64,000 nucleotides of DNA. It comes from an uncultured bacterium. GTDB lineage: Bacteria > Desulfobacterota > Deferrimicrobia > Deferrimicrobiales > Deferrimicrobiaceae. Shown one piece after another: positions 52,361 to 63,494 of this stretch. Both the position numbers and the translations under genes were made by a program. A model generated the notes under the pieces. The model was not told the DNA's origin and searched no databases. It worked only from the letters and a program-made list of their open reading frames with translations. The number at the start of each line of letters is the position of its first letter. Positions within the stretch are counted from its first letter, which is position 1. The DNA lies in NCBI GenBank assembly GCA_963829245.1, contig CAWHIM010000042.1, positions 2,703 through 66,702 on the forward strand, written 5' to 3'.

Positions 52361-53146
52361 CTATCTTCCCTCGAACCGGGCGGGTCGTTTCTCCAGGAAC
52401 GCCCGGATCCCCTCCCGGAAATCCCTGCTCCCCGCGCACAGGGAGATGTTCTGCCGCTCCTCCTCGAGCTGGGCTTCCAGGGGATGGGAAAGCGCCCGGT
52501 TGTACAGTTCCTTCGCCTTGGAGTAGGCGAGCGTGGGGCCGGAGGCGAGCCGGTCCGCCAGCGCATCGACCCCGGAGGGGAACTCCGCGTCCGGGAAGAT
52601 CTCCTGTACCAGCCCCCACTCGGCGGCCCGGGCCGCCGGGAGAACCCTCGAAAAGAGCGTCAACTCCATCGCCCGCTGCGTCCCCACCGCGCGGGCGAGA
52701 AAAAAGGTCATCCCCCCGTCGGGGGAGAGCCCGATGTTCTGGTATCCGAGCGTGAAGCGGGCGGACGAGGCGGCCACGGCGACATCGCACGCCAGCGCCA
52801 TCGAGAATCCGGCCCCGGCGGCCACACCGTTGACCGCCGCGATGACCGGTTTCGGGGCGCGCCGCAGTGTCGCGATCAGAGCATGCAGGCCGATGGCCAG
52901 CCCCATGAACTTCCCGGGCCCCTCATTCTCGAACGCCGCGAACGACTCCACGTCGCCGCCGGCGGAGAATGCCTTCCCGGTTCCTGTGAGGACCACACAT
53001 CGGACCGACGGGTCCCCCGAGACTTCCGAAACCGCCGAGAGGAGCGCCTCTCCCATCTCCTGGTTGTAGGCGTTCAACCGCTCCGGCCGGTTCATCCGGA
53101 CCGTCGCGACCCCACCGTTCCGCCCCACCTGGACGATTTCGCTCAT
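52361..53146 (-). CDS. enoyl-CoA hydratase/isomerase (crotonase) family protein
   Basis: Crotonase fold, oxyanion-hole region ..AVNGVAAGAGFSMALACD.. Confidence 0.75.
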   Translation of the reverse strand: MSEIVQVGRNGGVATVRMNRPERLNAYNQEMGEALLSAVSEVSGDPSVRCVVLTGTGKAFSAGGDVESFAAFENEGPGKFMGLAIGLHALIATLRRAPKPVIAAVNGVAAGAGFSMALACDVAVAASSARFTLGYQNIGLSPDGGMTFFLARAVGTQRAMELTLFSRVLPAARAAEWGLVQEIFPDAEFPSGVDALADRLASGPTLAYSKAKELYNRALSHPLEAQLEEERQNISLCAGSRDFREGIRAFLEKRPARFEGR

Positions 53147-53313
53147 TTCCGCCCCCTCTCCCACCTCGTCGGCCGAACAGGTATCGCCGCCGGTTCGTTC
53201 CATTGGCGGCACCGTAACAATATAATAGATAAACAGCGGCGGCTTACCATTTCGTCGCCGCCTTGTTATTCTTCCACTGTTTCCCGGCCCGTGGAGCGGG
53301 CGAAAGGAGAATC

Positions 53314-54717
53314 ATGCCGACGCTGTTCGAAAAGATCCTGGACCGTCACGTCGTGACGGCGCGGGGGGATGGGGACGTCCTCCTCTATATCGATCGCCAG
53401 CTGATCCACGAGGTGACGAGCCCCCAGGCGTTCGAGGGGCTGCGGCTCGCGGGCCGTTCCGTGCGCCGGCCCGGCGCGATGCTGGCCGTGCCGGATCATA
53501 ACGTTCCTACCACGCCCGACCGGGCGGAACGGATCGACGACCGCGAAAGCCTCGCGCAGATCGAGGAGTTGAGGAAAAACGCCCTCGGCGCGGGGGTCGC
53601 CCTGTTCGACATCACCGACCCGAGGCAGGGGATCGTGCACATCATCGGCCCCGAGTCGGGGCTTGTCCTGCCGGGGATCACGATCGTCTGCGGGGACTCG
53701 CACACCGGAACGCTGGGAGCGTTCGGGACGATCGCATTCGGCGTCGGCACTTCGGAGGTCGAACACGTCCTCGCCACGCAGACCTTGTGGCAGAGGATGC
53801 CACGGCGCATGCGCGTCATGGTGAACGGCGCGCTTCGCCCGCTGGTCACGCCGAAGGACGTTATCCTCGCGGTGATCGCGAAGATCGGCGCCTCCGGGGG
53901 AACCGGGTACGCGATCGAGTTCGCCGGAGAGACGATCCGGAAGATGTCGATGGAGGGGCGGATGACGGTGTGCAACATGACGATCGAGGCGGGGGCCCGC
54001 TTCGGCCTGATCGCCCCCGACGAGATCACCTTCACGTACCTGAAGGGGAGGCCGCTGGCCCCTCCCCCTTCCCTGTGGGACGCCGCGGTGGCGGACTGGA
54101 AAACGCTCCCGTCCGATCCGGACGCTACGTGGGACCGGGAGGTCGAGCTCGACGCGTCGAACCTCGATCCGCATGTCACTTGGGGGACGAGCCCGCAAGA
54201 CGCCCTCCCGGTGGGCGGAGTCGTTCCGGACCCGGAGGCGCAGCCGGATCCTTCGGAGCGGGCGAGGATGCGGCGGGCGCTTGAATACATGGCTCTTGTC
54301 CCGGGAACGCGGCTGACCGCCATCCCCGTGGACAAGGTCTTTATCGGTTCCTGCACGAACTCGCGGATCGAGGATCTGCGCGCGGCCGCCGCGGTCGCGA
54401 AGGGGCGCAAGGTCCACGCCAACGTGACGGCGCTGGTCGTTCCGGGGTCGGGGCTGGTGAAGAAGCAGGCGGAGGAGGAGGGGCTCGACCGGGTGTTCGT
54501 CGAGGCCGGGTTCCAGTGGCGGCTCCCGGGATGCTCCATGTGCCTCGGGATGAACCCGGACCGGCTGAAGCCCGGCGAACGGTGCGCCTCGACGTCGAAC
54601 CGGAATTTCGAGGGGCGGCAGGGGCCGGGGGGGCGGACGCACCTGATGAGCCCCGCGATGGCGGCCGCGGCGGCGGTTTCCGGCCGCATCGCCGACGTGC
54701 GGGAGGTGGCGCGATGA
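53314..54717 (+). CDS. leuC: 3-isopropylmalate dehydratase large subunit
   Basis: Aconitase-family blocks, Fe-S ligands (..GSCTNSR.., ..CSMCLGMN..). Confidence 0.9.
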   Translation: MPTLFEKILDRHVVTARGDGDVLLYIDRQLIHEVTSPQAFEGLRLAGRSVRRPGAMLAVPDHNVPTTPDRAERIDDRESLAQIEELRKNALGAGVALFDITDPRQGIVHIIGPESGLVLPGITIVCGDSHTGTLGAFGTIAFGVGTSEVEHVLATQTLWQRMPRRMRVMVNGALRPLVTPKDVILAVIAKIGASGGTGYAIEFAGETIRKMSMEGRMTVCNMTIEAGARFGLIAPDEITFTYLKGRPLAPPPSLWDAAVADWKTLPSDPDATWDREVELDASNLDPHVTWGTSPQDALPVGGVVPDPEAQPDPSERARMRRALEYMALVPGTRLTAIPVDKVFIGSCTNSRIEDLRAAAAVAKGRKVHANVTALVVPGSGLVKKQAEEEGLDRVFVEAGFQWRLPGCSMCLGMNPDRLKPGERCASTSNRNFEGRQGPGGRTHLMSPAMAAAAAVSGRIADVREVAR

Positions 54718-55340
54718 TCGAAAAGTTCGTCCCGTTGAACACCGTGGGCGTTCCCCTGGACCGGGGGAACGTCGACACCGACGCCATCATACCGGCGCGG
54801 TACCTGAAGACGCTGAAGCGGACGGGGCTGGGCGTCGGGCTCTTCTTCGCCTGGCGGTACGACGAGGGAGGGGCGGAACGCCCCGACTTCCCGCTGAACC
54901 GGCCTTCGTTCCGGGGCGGCCGGGTTCTGGTCGCGGGCGAGAACTTCGGCTGCGGCTCCTCGCGCGAGCACGCCGTGTGGGCATTGATGGACTACGGTTT
55001 CCGCGCGGTGATCGCCCCGTCGTTCAGCGATATCTTCCACAGCAACTGCCTGAAGAACGGGATGCTCCCCGTGACGCTCCCCGCGGAGGAAGTGCGGTCG
55101 ATGATCGACGCCCTTCTTGCCGTGGAGGGCGGCAAGGTCGAGGTGGATCTGGCGGCGCAGACGGTCAGGGGGCCGAACGGCGACGTCCACCGGTTCACCA
55201 TCGATCCGTTCGCGAAGAAGTGCCTCCTCGAGGGGCTGGACGAGATCGGCCTGACCCTCACGAGCGCGGCGGAGATCGATCGGTACGAGCGGGAGAGGAA
55301 GAAGACGACGCCGTGGCTGTTCCTGGATCTCGCCGGATGA
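54714..55340 (+). CDS. leuD: 3-isopropylmalate dehydratase small subunit
   Basis: Aconitase swivel domain; ATGA overlap with leuC. Confidence 0.85.
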   Translation: MIEKFVPLNTVGVPLDRGNVDTDAIIPARYLKTLKRTGLGVGLFFAWRYDEGGAERPDFPLNRPSFRGGRVLVAGENFGCGSSREHAVWALMDYGFRAVIAPSFSDIFHSNCLKNGMLPVTLPAEEVRSMIDALLAVEGGKVEVDLAAQTVRGPNGDVHRFTIDPFAKKCLLEGLDEIGLTLTSAAEIDRYERERKKTTPWLFLDLAG

Positions 55341-56344
55341 GCGTGGGGCCGCCCACGCCATCCGTGGCTTCCGGTCCCTCCCGCCCGTCCGCGGGTGTCG
55401 CGCCACTTGGCCGTCCCTGGTCCTCGCCGGGGGGGGGGAGCGGGAAGTTCGCGGTCGGCCTCGTCCAGATGGCGATGGGGACGGACCCGCGGGAGAACCT
55501 CGAAAAGGGCGTGGACCGGGTCCGCGAGGCGGCTCGCGGGGGGGCGCGGGTGGTGTGCCTGCCCGAACTGTTCCGCACCCGGTACTTCTGCCAGGCCGAG
55601 GAGACGGTCTTCTTCGACCTTGCGGAGCCGATTCCGGGGCCGACCACGGATGCCCTCGCCGCGGCGGCCCGGGATGCCGGCGTCGTCGTGATCGCACCGG
55701 TCTTCGAGCGTCGCGCCCCGGGGGTATGCCATAACAGCGCCGCGGTGATCGACGCCGATGGAACGATCGCCGGCATCTACCGGAAGATGCACATCCCTGA
55801 CGACCCGGGGTTCTACGAGAAGTTCTACTTCACCCCCGGGGACCTCGGCTTTCGGGCCTTCGACACCCGCGCGGGAAGGATCGGCACGCTCATCTGCTGG
55901 GACCAGTGGTATCCCGAGGGGGCACGCCTGACGGCCCTCGCCGGGGCGAGCATCCTCTTTTACCCGACGGCGATCGGCTGGCATCCCCGTGAAAAGCGGG
56001 AGCACGGAGAGCGGCAGCGCGACGCCTGGCGCACCGTGCAGCGGGGACACGCCGTCGCGAACGGCGTCTACCTGGCGGCGATCAACCGGGTTGGAAAAGA
56101 GGTCCCGGGGGGCGGCGGCGAAGGGATCGAATTCTGGGGTTCCTCGTTCCTGTGCGGACCGCAGGGCGAGATCTTGACCGAGGCGTCCGCGGAACGGGAG
56201 GAGATCCTTTTCGCCGAGGTCGATCTTGCCCGCATCGAGGAGGTGCGCCGGAACTGGCCGTTCCTGAGGGACCGGCGGATCGACGCCTACGGGGGAATCA
56301 CGAGCCGCGTCCTCGACGACGAGCCGTGGGGGAAGGGGCGTTGA
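55337..56344 (+). CDS. aguB: N-carbamoylputrescine amidase (CN-hydrolase family); start uncertain
   Basis: Nitrilase-superfamily catalytic triad context (..KFAVGLVQMAMG.., ..LICWDQWYPE..); possible low-complexity N-terminal extension across a G10 homopolymer. Confidence 0.7.
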   Translation: MSVGPPTPSVASGPSRPSAGVAPLGRPWSSPGGGSGKFAVGLVQMAMGTDPRENLEKGVDRVREAARGGARVVCLPELFRTRYFCQAEETVFFDLAEPIPGPTTDALAAAARDAGVVVIAPVFERRAPGVCHNSAAVIDADGTIAGIYRKMHIPDDPGFYEKFYFTPGDLGFRAFDTRAGRIGTLICWDQWYPEGARLTALAGASILFYPTAIGWHPREKREHGERQRDAWRTVQRGHAVANGVYLAAINRVGKEVPGGGGEGIEFWGSSFLCGPQGEILTEASAEREEILFAEVDLARIEEVRRNWPFLRDRRIDAYGGITSRVLDDEPWGKGR

Positions 56345-57453
56345 CCCATGCGGCAGGGACGCCGGAGCTCCGTGGTTTCCGTATGCCCGCGGAGTGGGAG
56401 CCGCACGAGGCGACCTGGATCGGTTGGCCGCACAACCGCTCCGACTGGCCCGGGAAGTTCGCGGCCATCCCCTGGGTCTACGGCGAGATCGCTCAGAGGA
56501 TCGCCGCCGGCGAGATCGTCCGGATCATTGTCGAGTCGAAGGCGCACGAGTCGAAAGCGATCCGTCTCCTCGCCCATGTCGGGGTGGATCCATCCCGCGT
56601 GGCTTTCTTCCGTTTTCCGACCGATCGCGGCTGGACGCGCGACTTCGGTCCGATCTTCGTCCGCAGGGAGCGCCCGAAACTCGAAGTGGGCGTCGCCGGG
56701 TTCGGGTTCAACGCGTGGGCCCGGTATCCGAACTGGCGAAAGGACGCGGGCGTCGCCGCGCGGGCCGCGAAGGCGCTCGGAGTGAAGTTCCTGCCGGTCC
56801 GGTTCCACGGAAAGCGCGTTGTTCTGGAGGGGGGAGCGATCGAAGTCAACGGGCGGGGGACGCTGATCGCGACGGAGGAGTGCCTGCTCGACCCGGAAAT
56901 CCAGGTCCGCAACCCGGGGATGGCCCGGAAAGGGATGGAGGAGGTTTTTCGCGCGTTCCTCGGCGTCACGAACGTGATCTGGCTGGGGAAGGGGATCACC
57001 GGGGACGACACGCACGGCCATGTGGACGACCTGTGCCGCTTCACGGGACCCCGCACGGTGGTGCTGTGCCGGGAGAAGGACCCGACGGACGAAAATCATC
57101 GCCGGCTCGAGGAGAACCGGGAGCGGCTTGCATTCGCCCGGCTGGAAGACGGTTCCCGCCCCGAGGTGGTCGCGCTTCCGATGCCCGCGCCGCTGCGCTT
57201 CGACGGGATCCGCGTACCGGCCAGCTACGCCAACTTCTACGTCTGCAACGCGGCGGTGCTCGTCCCCACCTTCAACGACCCGAAGGATCGGATCGCGCTC
57301 GGGATCCTCTCCGAGCTGTTCCGGGACCGGCCGGTGGTCGGGATCCACGCCGTGGATCTCGTGTGGGGGTTCGGCACGCTCCACTGTCTGACGCAGCAGC
57401 AACCTGCGGTGACGCCGCTCAGGGAAAAAGGATTTGCCGCACTCTCTTCGTGA
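56341..57453 (+). CDS. aguA: agmatine deiminase
   Basis: ..GFRMPAEWEPHEATWIGWP.. N-terminus and C-terminal ..GFGTLHCLTQQQP catalytic Cys; TTG start overlapping the aguB stop. Confidence 0.8.
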   Translation: MTHAAGTPELRGFRMPAEWEPHEATWIGWPHNRSDWPGKFAAIPWVYGEIAQRIAAGEIVRIIVESKAHESKAIRLLAHVGVDPSRVAFFRFPTDRGWTRDFGPIFVRRERPKLEVGVAGFGFNAWARYPNWRKDAGVAARAAKALGVKFLPVRFHGKRVVLEGGAIEVNGRGTLIATEECLLDPEIQVRNPGMARKGMEEVFRAFLGVTNVIWLGKGITGDDTHGHVDDLCRFTGPRTVVLCREKDPTDENHRRLEENRERLAFARLEDGSRPEVVALPMPAPLRFDGIRVPASYANFYVCNAAVLVPTFNDPKDRIALGILSELFRDRPVVGIHAVDLVWGFGTLHCLTQQQPAVTPLREKGFAALSS

Positions 57454-57814
57454 TCTGCTTCTGGGTGAACGGTTTCCCGATGCACTCCCTGTGCTTTCCG
57501 AGGATCCCCTCGTTCACGACCGCTTCCTCGGCGTACGCGGTCATGAAAAGGATGCGCATGCCGGGACGCTCCCGCTCGAGCCGGTCGGCGAGTTCCACAC
57601 CGCTCATCTCCGGCATGACGATGTCGGTCAGAAGGAGGTCGATCAACGCGTCTCCCCGGCGAACCAGCGCAAGCGCCTCCTCCCCGCCGGAGGCTTGGAG
57701 AACGGTGAGACCGACGCTCTCCAGCATAAAGGCGACCACGTCGCGGACCACGTCCGAATCCTCGACCAGCAGGACCGTTCCGCTCCGCCCGTCCTTGTCC
57801 CCCGCTGACTCCAT
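57419..57814 (-). CDS. single-domain response regulator (CheY-like receiver)
   Basis: ..VLLVEDSDVV.., ..LLLTDIVMPEMSG.., ..KPF.. receiver motifs; 131 aa. Confidence 0.75.
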   Translation of the reverse strand: MESAGDKDGRSGTVLLVEDSDVVRDVVAFMLESVGLTVLQASGGEEALALVRRGDALIDLLLTDIVMPEMSGVELADRLERERPGMRILFMTAYAEEAVVNEGILGKHRECIGKPFTQKQITKRVRQILFP

Positions 57815-57970
57815 CGTGCCCGGCCCGTCCTTTCCGGGGGTGTCCCGGCAAATCCTGTCTTACGGAGAATACGATATCTTATCGTGGATGCGCACGAGGG
57901 GGTCTTCCCGCATCTCCCGCGATACGCGGTAAGATGAAAAAGTCAAGACGTCCGCTTGAGGAGATGGAGA

Positions 57971-58288
57971 ATGCCCGCGAAAAGCATCGTGTCCTTCCTC
58001 GTTGCGGTCTTCGCCCTGGGGCTGTTCCTCGGGCCGGTCTCCGCGGAGGAGCGGACAATTGTCGGGACGATCGTCAGGCTGGATCCCGGGGGAGGCGTAC
58101 TCGTCATCCGGGACGCCGCGGGAGCGTCCTGGAGCTACAAGGTCGAGGCCGACGCCGGGATCGACCTGTCGGCGTTCCGCCAGGGGGACCGGGTCAAGGT
58201 ATCGATCGGGCGCGCGACTCCGCTCAACATGATCACGGCGGCGGACCTGTTGCGCAAGGGGGACCGGGTCGAGAAGTCCCGGTATTGA
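57971..58288 (+). CDS. small secreted protein of unknown function
   Basis: GAGGAG RBS, signal peptide MPAKSIVSFLVAVFALGLFLGPVSA. Confidence 0.5.
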   Translation: MPAKSIVSFLVAVFALGLFLGPVSAEERTIVGTIVRLDPGGGVLVIRDAAGASWSYKVEADAGIDLSAFRQGDRVKVSIGRATPLNMITAADLLRKGDRVEKSRY

Positions 58289-58324
58289 TCGATCGGTCGG
58301 CGCAACCCGAAAGGAGGCGGTTTC

Positions 58325-58453
58325 GTGAGCAAATGGGTCGTCCTCTGCCCCGAGTGCGGGGAGGAGTTCAAGGTCGACGAGGAGGAGGTCCCGGAGCGTT
58401 GCCCTCATTGCAAGCACGAGGGGAACTTCGAGATCGTGGACGTGGACGACTGA
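58325..58453 (+). CDS. 42-aa zinc-ribbon protein (CPxCG...CPHC), absent from the supplied ORF track
   Basis: GTG start 7 nt after AAGGAGG; VLCPECGEEFKVDEEEVPERCPHCKHEGNFEIVDVDD*. Confidence 0.45.
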   Translation: MSKWVVLCPECGEEFKVDEEEVPERCPHCKHEGNFEIVDVDD

Positions 58454-58473
58454 TGTCCACGGCCGGTTGAGAC

Positions 58474-60125
58474 ATGGCCGGTCCGGACCTCCTGCTGATT
58501 CACCCTCCCGCCGCCCGGGCCGCGGAACCGCCGCTGGGGACGGCGGTGCTCCTGTCCCACTTGCGCCGGGGAGGTGCGACGGCGGAAGCGATCGACGCAA
58601 ACCTCGAGGCGCACCTTTACATGCTGGACGGGGATCGGCTGGCGGCCGCCATCGGCCCCGCGCCGACGACCGCTCTCCACCGGGCCATGAAGAACGTCCC
58701 CAGGGCGCTCTCCTTCCTCCGGTCCCCCGCTGCGGGAAGATCGTTTCTCCGGTACACCACCGCCGCGCGCCACCTGAATACGGCGTTGTCCGCATATCGC
58801 GGCGAAAGCGGGCGCGAACGATGGACGCTCGGCGATTACGTCCACGGGGATCTCTCCGAGTTTTCGTCCCTGGACCTCTCCCTCGCGGCGTCCGGGAACA
58901 GGGAAACCGTCTTCTCCGGCTACTTCCGGGACGCCCTCCTCCCCCGCGTCGACCGGATGCGTCCACGCGGTGTCGCGATCTCCGTGAACTACCGGCACCA
59001 GGTCCTCCCCGCCTTTGAACTTGCGGGGTTGCTGCGCCGCCGCCTGCCCGGCGTCCCCGTCTACGGCGGCGGGGGGATGTTCACCTCCTGGAGGAGTTCA
59101 CTTCGCGGTATGGGGCTTGCGTTCCTCCCCTTCGACCGGGTCGGGTTCGGTCCCGGGGAGCGTGCCCTGGCGGCGGTGGCCGGGGGTGATTCCAGGAAGG
59201 GCGGCCGCTTTTTTCAGGACGGGGATGCGGTGGAGTTCCTCCCCGATTTCGGGTTCGCGCCGCTCGGGGAGTATCTGTCCCCGGAGCCCGTCCTCCCCGT
59301 CGCCGCGACGCGGGGATGCTACTGGAGGAGATGCCGGTTCTGCCCCGAGGCGGTTGCCCCCATCCATCCGTACCGCGTGACGGACGCGGGGACGTTTCCC
59401 GCGCTCCTGCGGGAGCTGTCCGATCGGTACGGCGTCCGGCGGTTTCACCTGACGGACAACGCGATCCCGGTCGCCATTCTCCGGTCGATGGCGGACGGGG
59501 GGAGCGCGTTGCGCGGCCTTTCGTGGCACGGGTTCGCCCGCTTCGAGCGGGAACTGCTCGATCCGGAGTTCGCCTCGTCGCTGGCCGCGGCGGGTTGCAC
59601 GATGCTTCAGACTGGGGCTGGAGAGCGGCTCGCAGCCGCTTCTCGATCGAATGGGGAAGGGTACGCGCGTCGTCGACGCCTCGGCGATCCTGTCGAACCT
59701 TTCTCGAGCGGGGATCGCCGCCTACGTGTACGTGATGCTCGGCGTCCCGGGAGAGACGGAGACCGACGCGGAGCGGACGCGATCGTTCCTCGCGGAGCAT
59801 GCGGGTGAGATCGGGTTCCTGAACCTGTCGATCCTCAACATGCCCCGCGAGGCGTCCTGGCCGGGGATCGCCGGAGGGGAGCGCACCCGGGAAGGACGGG
59901 TTCCCCGACGAGGACGAGCCGCTCGGCCTGTACCGGCGGGTCGCCCGCGAGCGACGGCTGGGGGAGGGCGCAGGCCCGGCGGTTCCTGCAAAAGCGGATC
60001 CTGGGCGACCCGGCGATCCGCGCCATCGCGGCCCGAACCCCGCCCTGGTTCGGCGACAGCCACGCCTTCTTCTTCCGCGGAACGACCGGGTCCGGCGGAG
60101 TCGCCGCAGGAGGGAGGGCGAAGTG
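58474..60125 (+). CDS. B12-binding-domain radical SAM protein (>=2 frameshifts)
   Basis: N-terminal ..LLLIHPP.. B12-binding-like domain; radical-SAM cluster motif ..TRGCYWRRCRFCPE..; C-terminal part in other frames. Confidence 0.6.
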
Positions 60126-60199
60126 AGGTAAAGCGCAGCCGTGCAGGTTCATCGCACGGCGAGCCACGAACGGAGCCCCGCCCTCCGAGGCGACGCAGC
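60108..60199. repeat. ~100-bp structured element, copy B (inverted relative to 21495-21590)
   Basis: ggagtcgccgcaggagg...gtgaggtaaagcgcagccgtgcaggttcatcgcacggcgagccacgaacggagccccgccctccgaggcgac; overlaps the last codons and stop of the rSAM gene. Confidence 0.6.
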
Positions 60200-60221
60200 C
60201 GAATGGGGGAGTCCCGGAGTT

Positions 60222-62237
60222 CTAGGCCCGCAGCACCACCCGGGCGTCCGCGATCGACAGCCCCCGGGCGTGGACGATGACCGGGTTGAGGTCCATCTCC
60301 TCGATCTCCGGGTGCGACGCGAGGAACGCCGAGAGTCGCAGCAGGAGGACCCGCAGGGCGTCGAGGTCCCCGGCGGGCTTCCCGCGCAGCCCCGTGAGCG
60401 CCCTGTATCCCCGGATCTCCCGGATCATCCCACGGCGTCCTTCTCCGAGAGCGGCGTAACGCGGAACGAGACGTCCTTCATCACCTCGACGAAGATCCCC
60501 CCGAGACCGAACATCACGGCGTGGCCGAACTGCGGATCCTTCGTCACGCCGACGATCACCTCGTGCCCGGCGGGCGCCATCGCGCAGACGAGCGCGCCTC
60601 CGGCCCGCGCGCCGAGCCGCCGCTTCGGCCTGCCCGGATCGCCCGGAACGCCGCGCGGACGCCGGCGTCGTCGGCCACGTTCAGGAAGACGCCCCCGGCG
60701 TCGCTCTTGTGCGTGACGTCGGGAGAGTTCATCTTCACCGCGACGGGGAAGCCGATCCCGCGCGCCGCGGCGACCGCCTCGTCCTCGGTCCCGGCGCGCC
60801 GGAAGCGGGTCAACGGGAACCCGGCGCGAGCGAGGAACTCCATCGAGTCGGCGGGAGTCATCCCCTTCCCCGGCGTCGCCTCCCCGTGCCCCGCCCCTTC
60901 CATCGGAGAGCGGGAAGAGGTCGCGGTGGAACCGGACGTGGCAGGAGAGGGCTTTCACGGCCCGCTCCGGCGTGGGGAAGACGGCGATCTTCTTCTCGTG
61001 GAACAGCAGCCGTTCCGCGCGCTCCACGTCGGCGCCGCCGAGGTAGGCACACCAGCTCGCACCGCCCGGGGCGGATCACTTCGGAGGCCCCGGGGATCGG
61101 GTCGCCGAAGATCGTCATCACCACGTCGAACTCCCCCTCGGCCGCGTCGAGCACGTTCCGGTAGCGGGCGGCGTCGGTGTCCCCGGTGAGATCGAGGGGG
61201 TTGCCGACGATGCAGTGGGAGGGGAGGATCTCCCGGAGCTTCCCGGAGAGTCCGGTGGAAAGCGGGGTGACGCGCAGCCCTTCCTCCTCGGCCACGTCGG
61301 TGGCGATGATCGCGGACCCGCCGGAGCTCGTGACGATCAGCATCCGCGGACCCTTGGGAGGCGGGACGTAGGCGAGGGCCTTCGCGAAGTCGTACAATTC
61401 CTCGAGCGTGGCGGCGCGATGCACGCCGTTCTGGCGGAACACGGCGTCGTAGATCTCGTCGCGCCCCGCGAGCGACCGGGTGTGCGACTCCGCCGCCTTG
61501 CGTCCCCGCTCGGTCCGCCCGGCCTTGAAGATCACGACCGGCTTCGGGCAGGCGCGGACGGCGGAGAGGAACTTCGGGGCGTCCTTCACCCCTTCGATGT
61601 AGAGGGCGATCACCTTCGTGTGCGGGTCCTCCGCGAAGAAACCGATCAGGTCCGCCTCGTCGACGTCCGAACGGTTCCCCATGCTGACGAAGGCGGAGAA
61701 CCCGAGCCGCTCCTCCGACGCCCAGTCGATCAGCGCGGCGCCGACGGTGCCGCTTTGCGAGACGATCGCGATCTCCCCCCGCCGGGTGATCAGGGGCCAC
61801 GAGGCGCACACGCCGTGGTACGGGTAGTTCACGCCCTGGCAGTTGGGCCCGACCACGCGGATGCCCGCCGCCTTCGCCGCCTCCGCCATCTCCGCCTGGA
61901 GCGCCGCACCCGGCGCGCCGGACTCGGCGAACCCCCCCGTGATCACGATCGCCGATTTCACCTTCCGTCCCCCCAGCTCCCGCATCGTCCCGGGGACGAG
62001 CTTCGCCGGGATGATCACGACCGCGAGGTCGGTCCCCTCGGGGAGTTCGGCGGCGGATTTTATGGAGGGGACGCCCAGGATCACCTCCCCCTTCGGGTTC
62101 ACGGGGACGATCTCGCCGGCGTAGCCGGCCTCCTTGATGTTGCGGAAGATCTGGAACCCCATCTTGTCGGGGTTCGAGGATGCGCCGATCACGGCGATCC
62201 GGGAGGGACGAAACAGGGGAGACAGGGGAGAGGTCAT
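60222..62237 (-). CDS. acetyl-CoA synthetase (ADP-forming), fused alpha/beta; several frameshifts
   Basis: N-terminal CoA-binding/succinyl-CoA-synthetase-like domains (..[14 protein letters not shown].., ..GPNCQG..) and a C-terminal ATP-grasp part fragmented over 4 ORFs. Confidence 0.75.
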
Positions 62238-62278
62238 CCGCGCGCTCCTCGCTTCCAGGGGGTTCCCGTCACGGTCCC

Positions 62279-63472
62279 TCAGTAGACGAGGCGGGCTCGG
62301 ACCGTGTGGGGGATTTTCCGGAGTTCCTCAACGATCCCGAGGCCGCATCCCTGCGCCACGTCGATCAGCGCATACCCCAGGGAGCCGCGCGTCTCAAGCT
62401 GCTGCCCTACGATGTTGATGCCATACCGCGCGAAGAGGTCGTTGATCTTCGCCAGCATCCCGGGGAGGTTCTCATGGACGTGTGCGAACCGGTGGCGCTG
62501 GGGAGTCGAGGAGGGAGAAAGGTCCGGAAAGTTCACGCTCGTCGACGTGCTCCCCTTGGACAGGTAGTCGAGAATGCGCGTCGCCACGAATCCTCCGATC
62601 CCCTGCTGCGCCTCCTCGGTCGAGCCGCCGATGTGGGGGGTCAGGATCACGTTCGGGAGCCCCTGCAGCGGCGAGGTGAAGGGGTCCTTGTTGGCCCTGG
62701 GCTCCACCGGGAACACGTCCACCGCCGCGCCTCGGACCTTCCCGCCCCGCACGTTCCGCGCGAGCGCTTCAACGTCCACCACGAAACCGCGGCTCAGGTT
62801 GAGGAAGATCACCCCGTCCTTCATCGCCGCGAATTCCCGCTCCCCGACGAGGCCCCGGTTCTCTTCCCGCCCGTCGACGTGGACAGTGACGATGTCCGAG
62901 ACCTGCAGAAGTTCCTCCAGGGAGCACTTCCGGGCGTTCCCCAGCGAAAGCTTCTCCACGATGTCGTGGTAGTTCACCTCCATCCCCATCGCTTCCGCGA
63001 GGATGGAGAGTTGGGAGCCGATGCTCCCGTACCCGATGATCCCGAGCTTCTTCCCGCGGATCTCGTGGAACCCCTCCGAGGACTTCCCCCAGATCCCCCG
63101 GTGGAGGTTCGTGCTGCGGTCGAACACGCCGCGCAGGAGCAGGATCATCTCGCCCATGGCAAGTTCGACCACGCTGCGGGTGTTGCTGTACGGGGCGTTG
63201 AAGACCGCCACCCCGCGCCGGCTGCACGCCTCGAGGTCGACATGTTCGGTCCCGATGCAGAACGCGCCGATGGCCAGAAGATCCGGGGCGCGCTCCAGAA
63301 GGTCGGCGGTCACGCGGGTTTTCGAGCGGATGCCGAGAACGGAGATGTCCCCGATCTCTTGGGCGAGCACCTTCCGGGGAGGGCTGTGCGGCACCCGCTC
63401 CACGGCATGCCCGGCCGCCGCGAAGGCCGCCCCCGCGTCGGGGTGAATGTTCTCCAGCAACAGGGTCTTCAT
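62279..63472 (-). CDS. serA: D-3-phosphoglycerate dehydrogenase
   Basis: 2-hydroxyacid DH catalytic and NAD-binding domains (GIIGYGSIGS), C-terminal ACT domain. Confidence 0.85.
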   Translation of the reverse strand: MKTLLLENIHPDAGAAFAAAGHAVERVPHSPPRKVLAQEIGDISVLGIRSKTRVTADLLERAPDLLAIGAFCIGTEHVDLEACSRRGVAVFNAPYSNTRSVVELAMGEMILLLRGVFDRSTNLHRGIWGKSSEGFHEIRGKKLGIIGYGSIGSQLSILAEAMGMEVNYHDIVEKLSLGNARKCSLEELLQVSDIVTVHVDGREENRGLVGEREFAAMKDGVIFLNLSRGFVVDVEALARNVRGGKVRGAAVDVFPVEPRANKDPFTSPLQGLPNVILTPHIGGSTEEAQQGIGGFVATRILDYLSKGSTSTSVNFPDLSPSSTPQRHRFAHVHENLPGMLAKINDLFARYGINIVGQQLETRGSLGYALIDVAQGCGLGIVEELRKIPHTVRARLVY

Positions 63473-63494
63473 CGGGGTCTCCAGGGTGTGAATG

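Noticed and set aside
53213-53313. Leader/attenuator upstream of leuC (hairpin GCCCG-TGGAG-CGGGC)
   Set aside because: Only a single short 5-bp stem, no Leu-codon-rich leader peptide or U-tract; insufficient support
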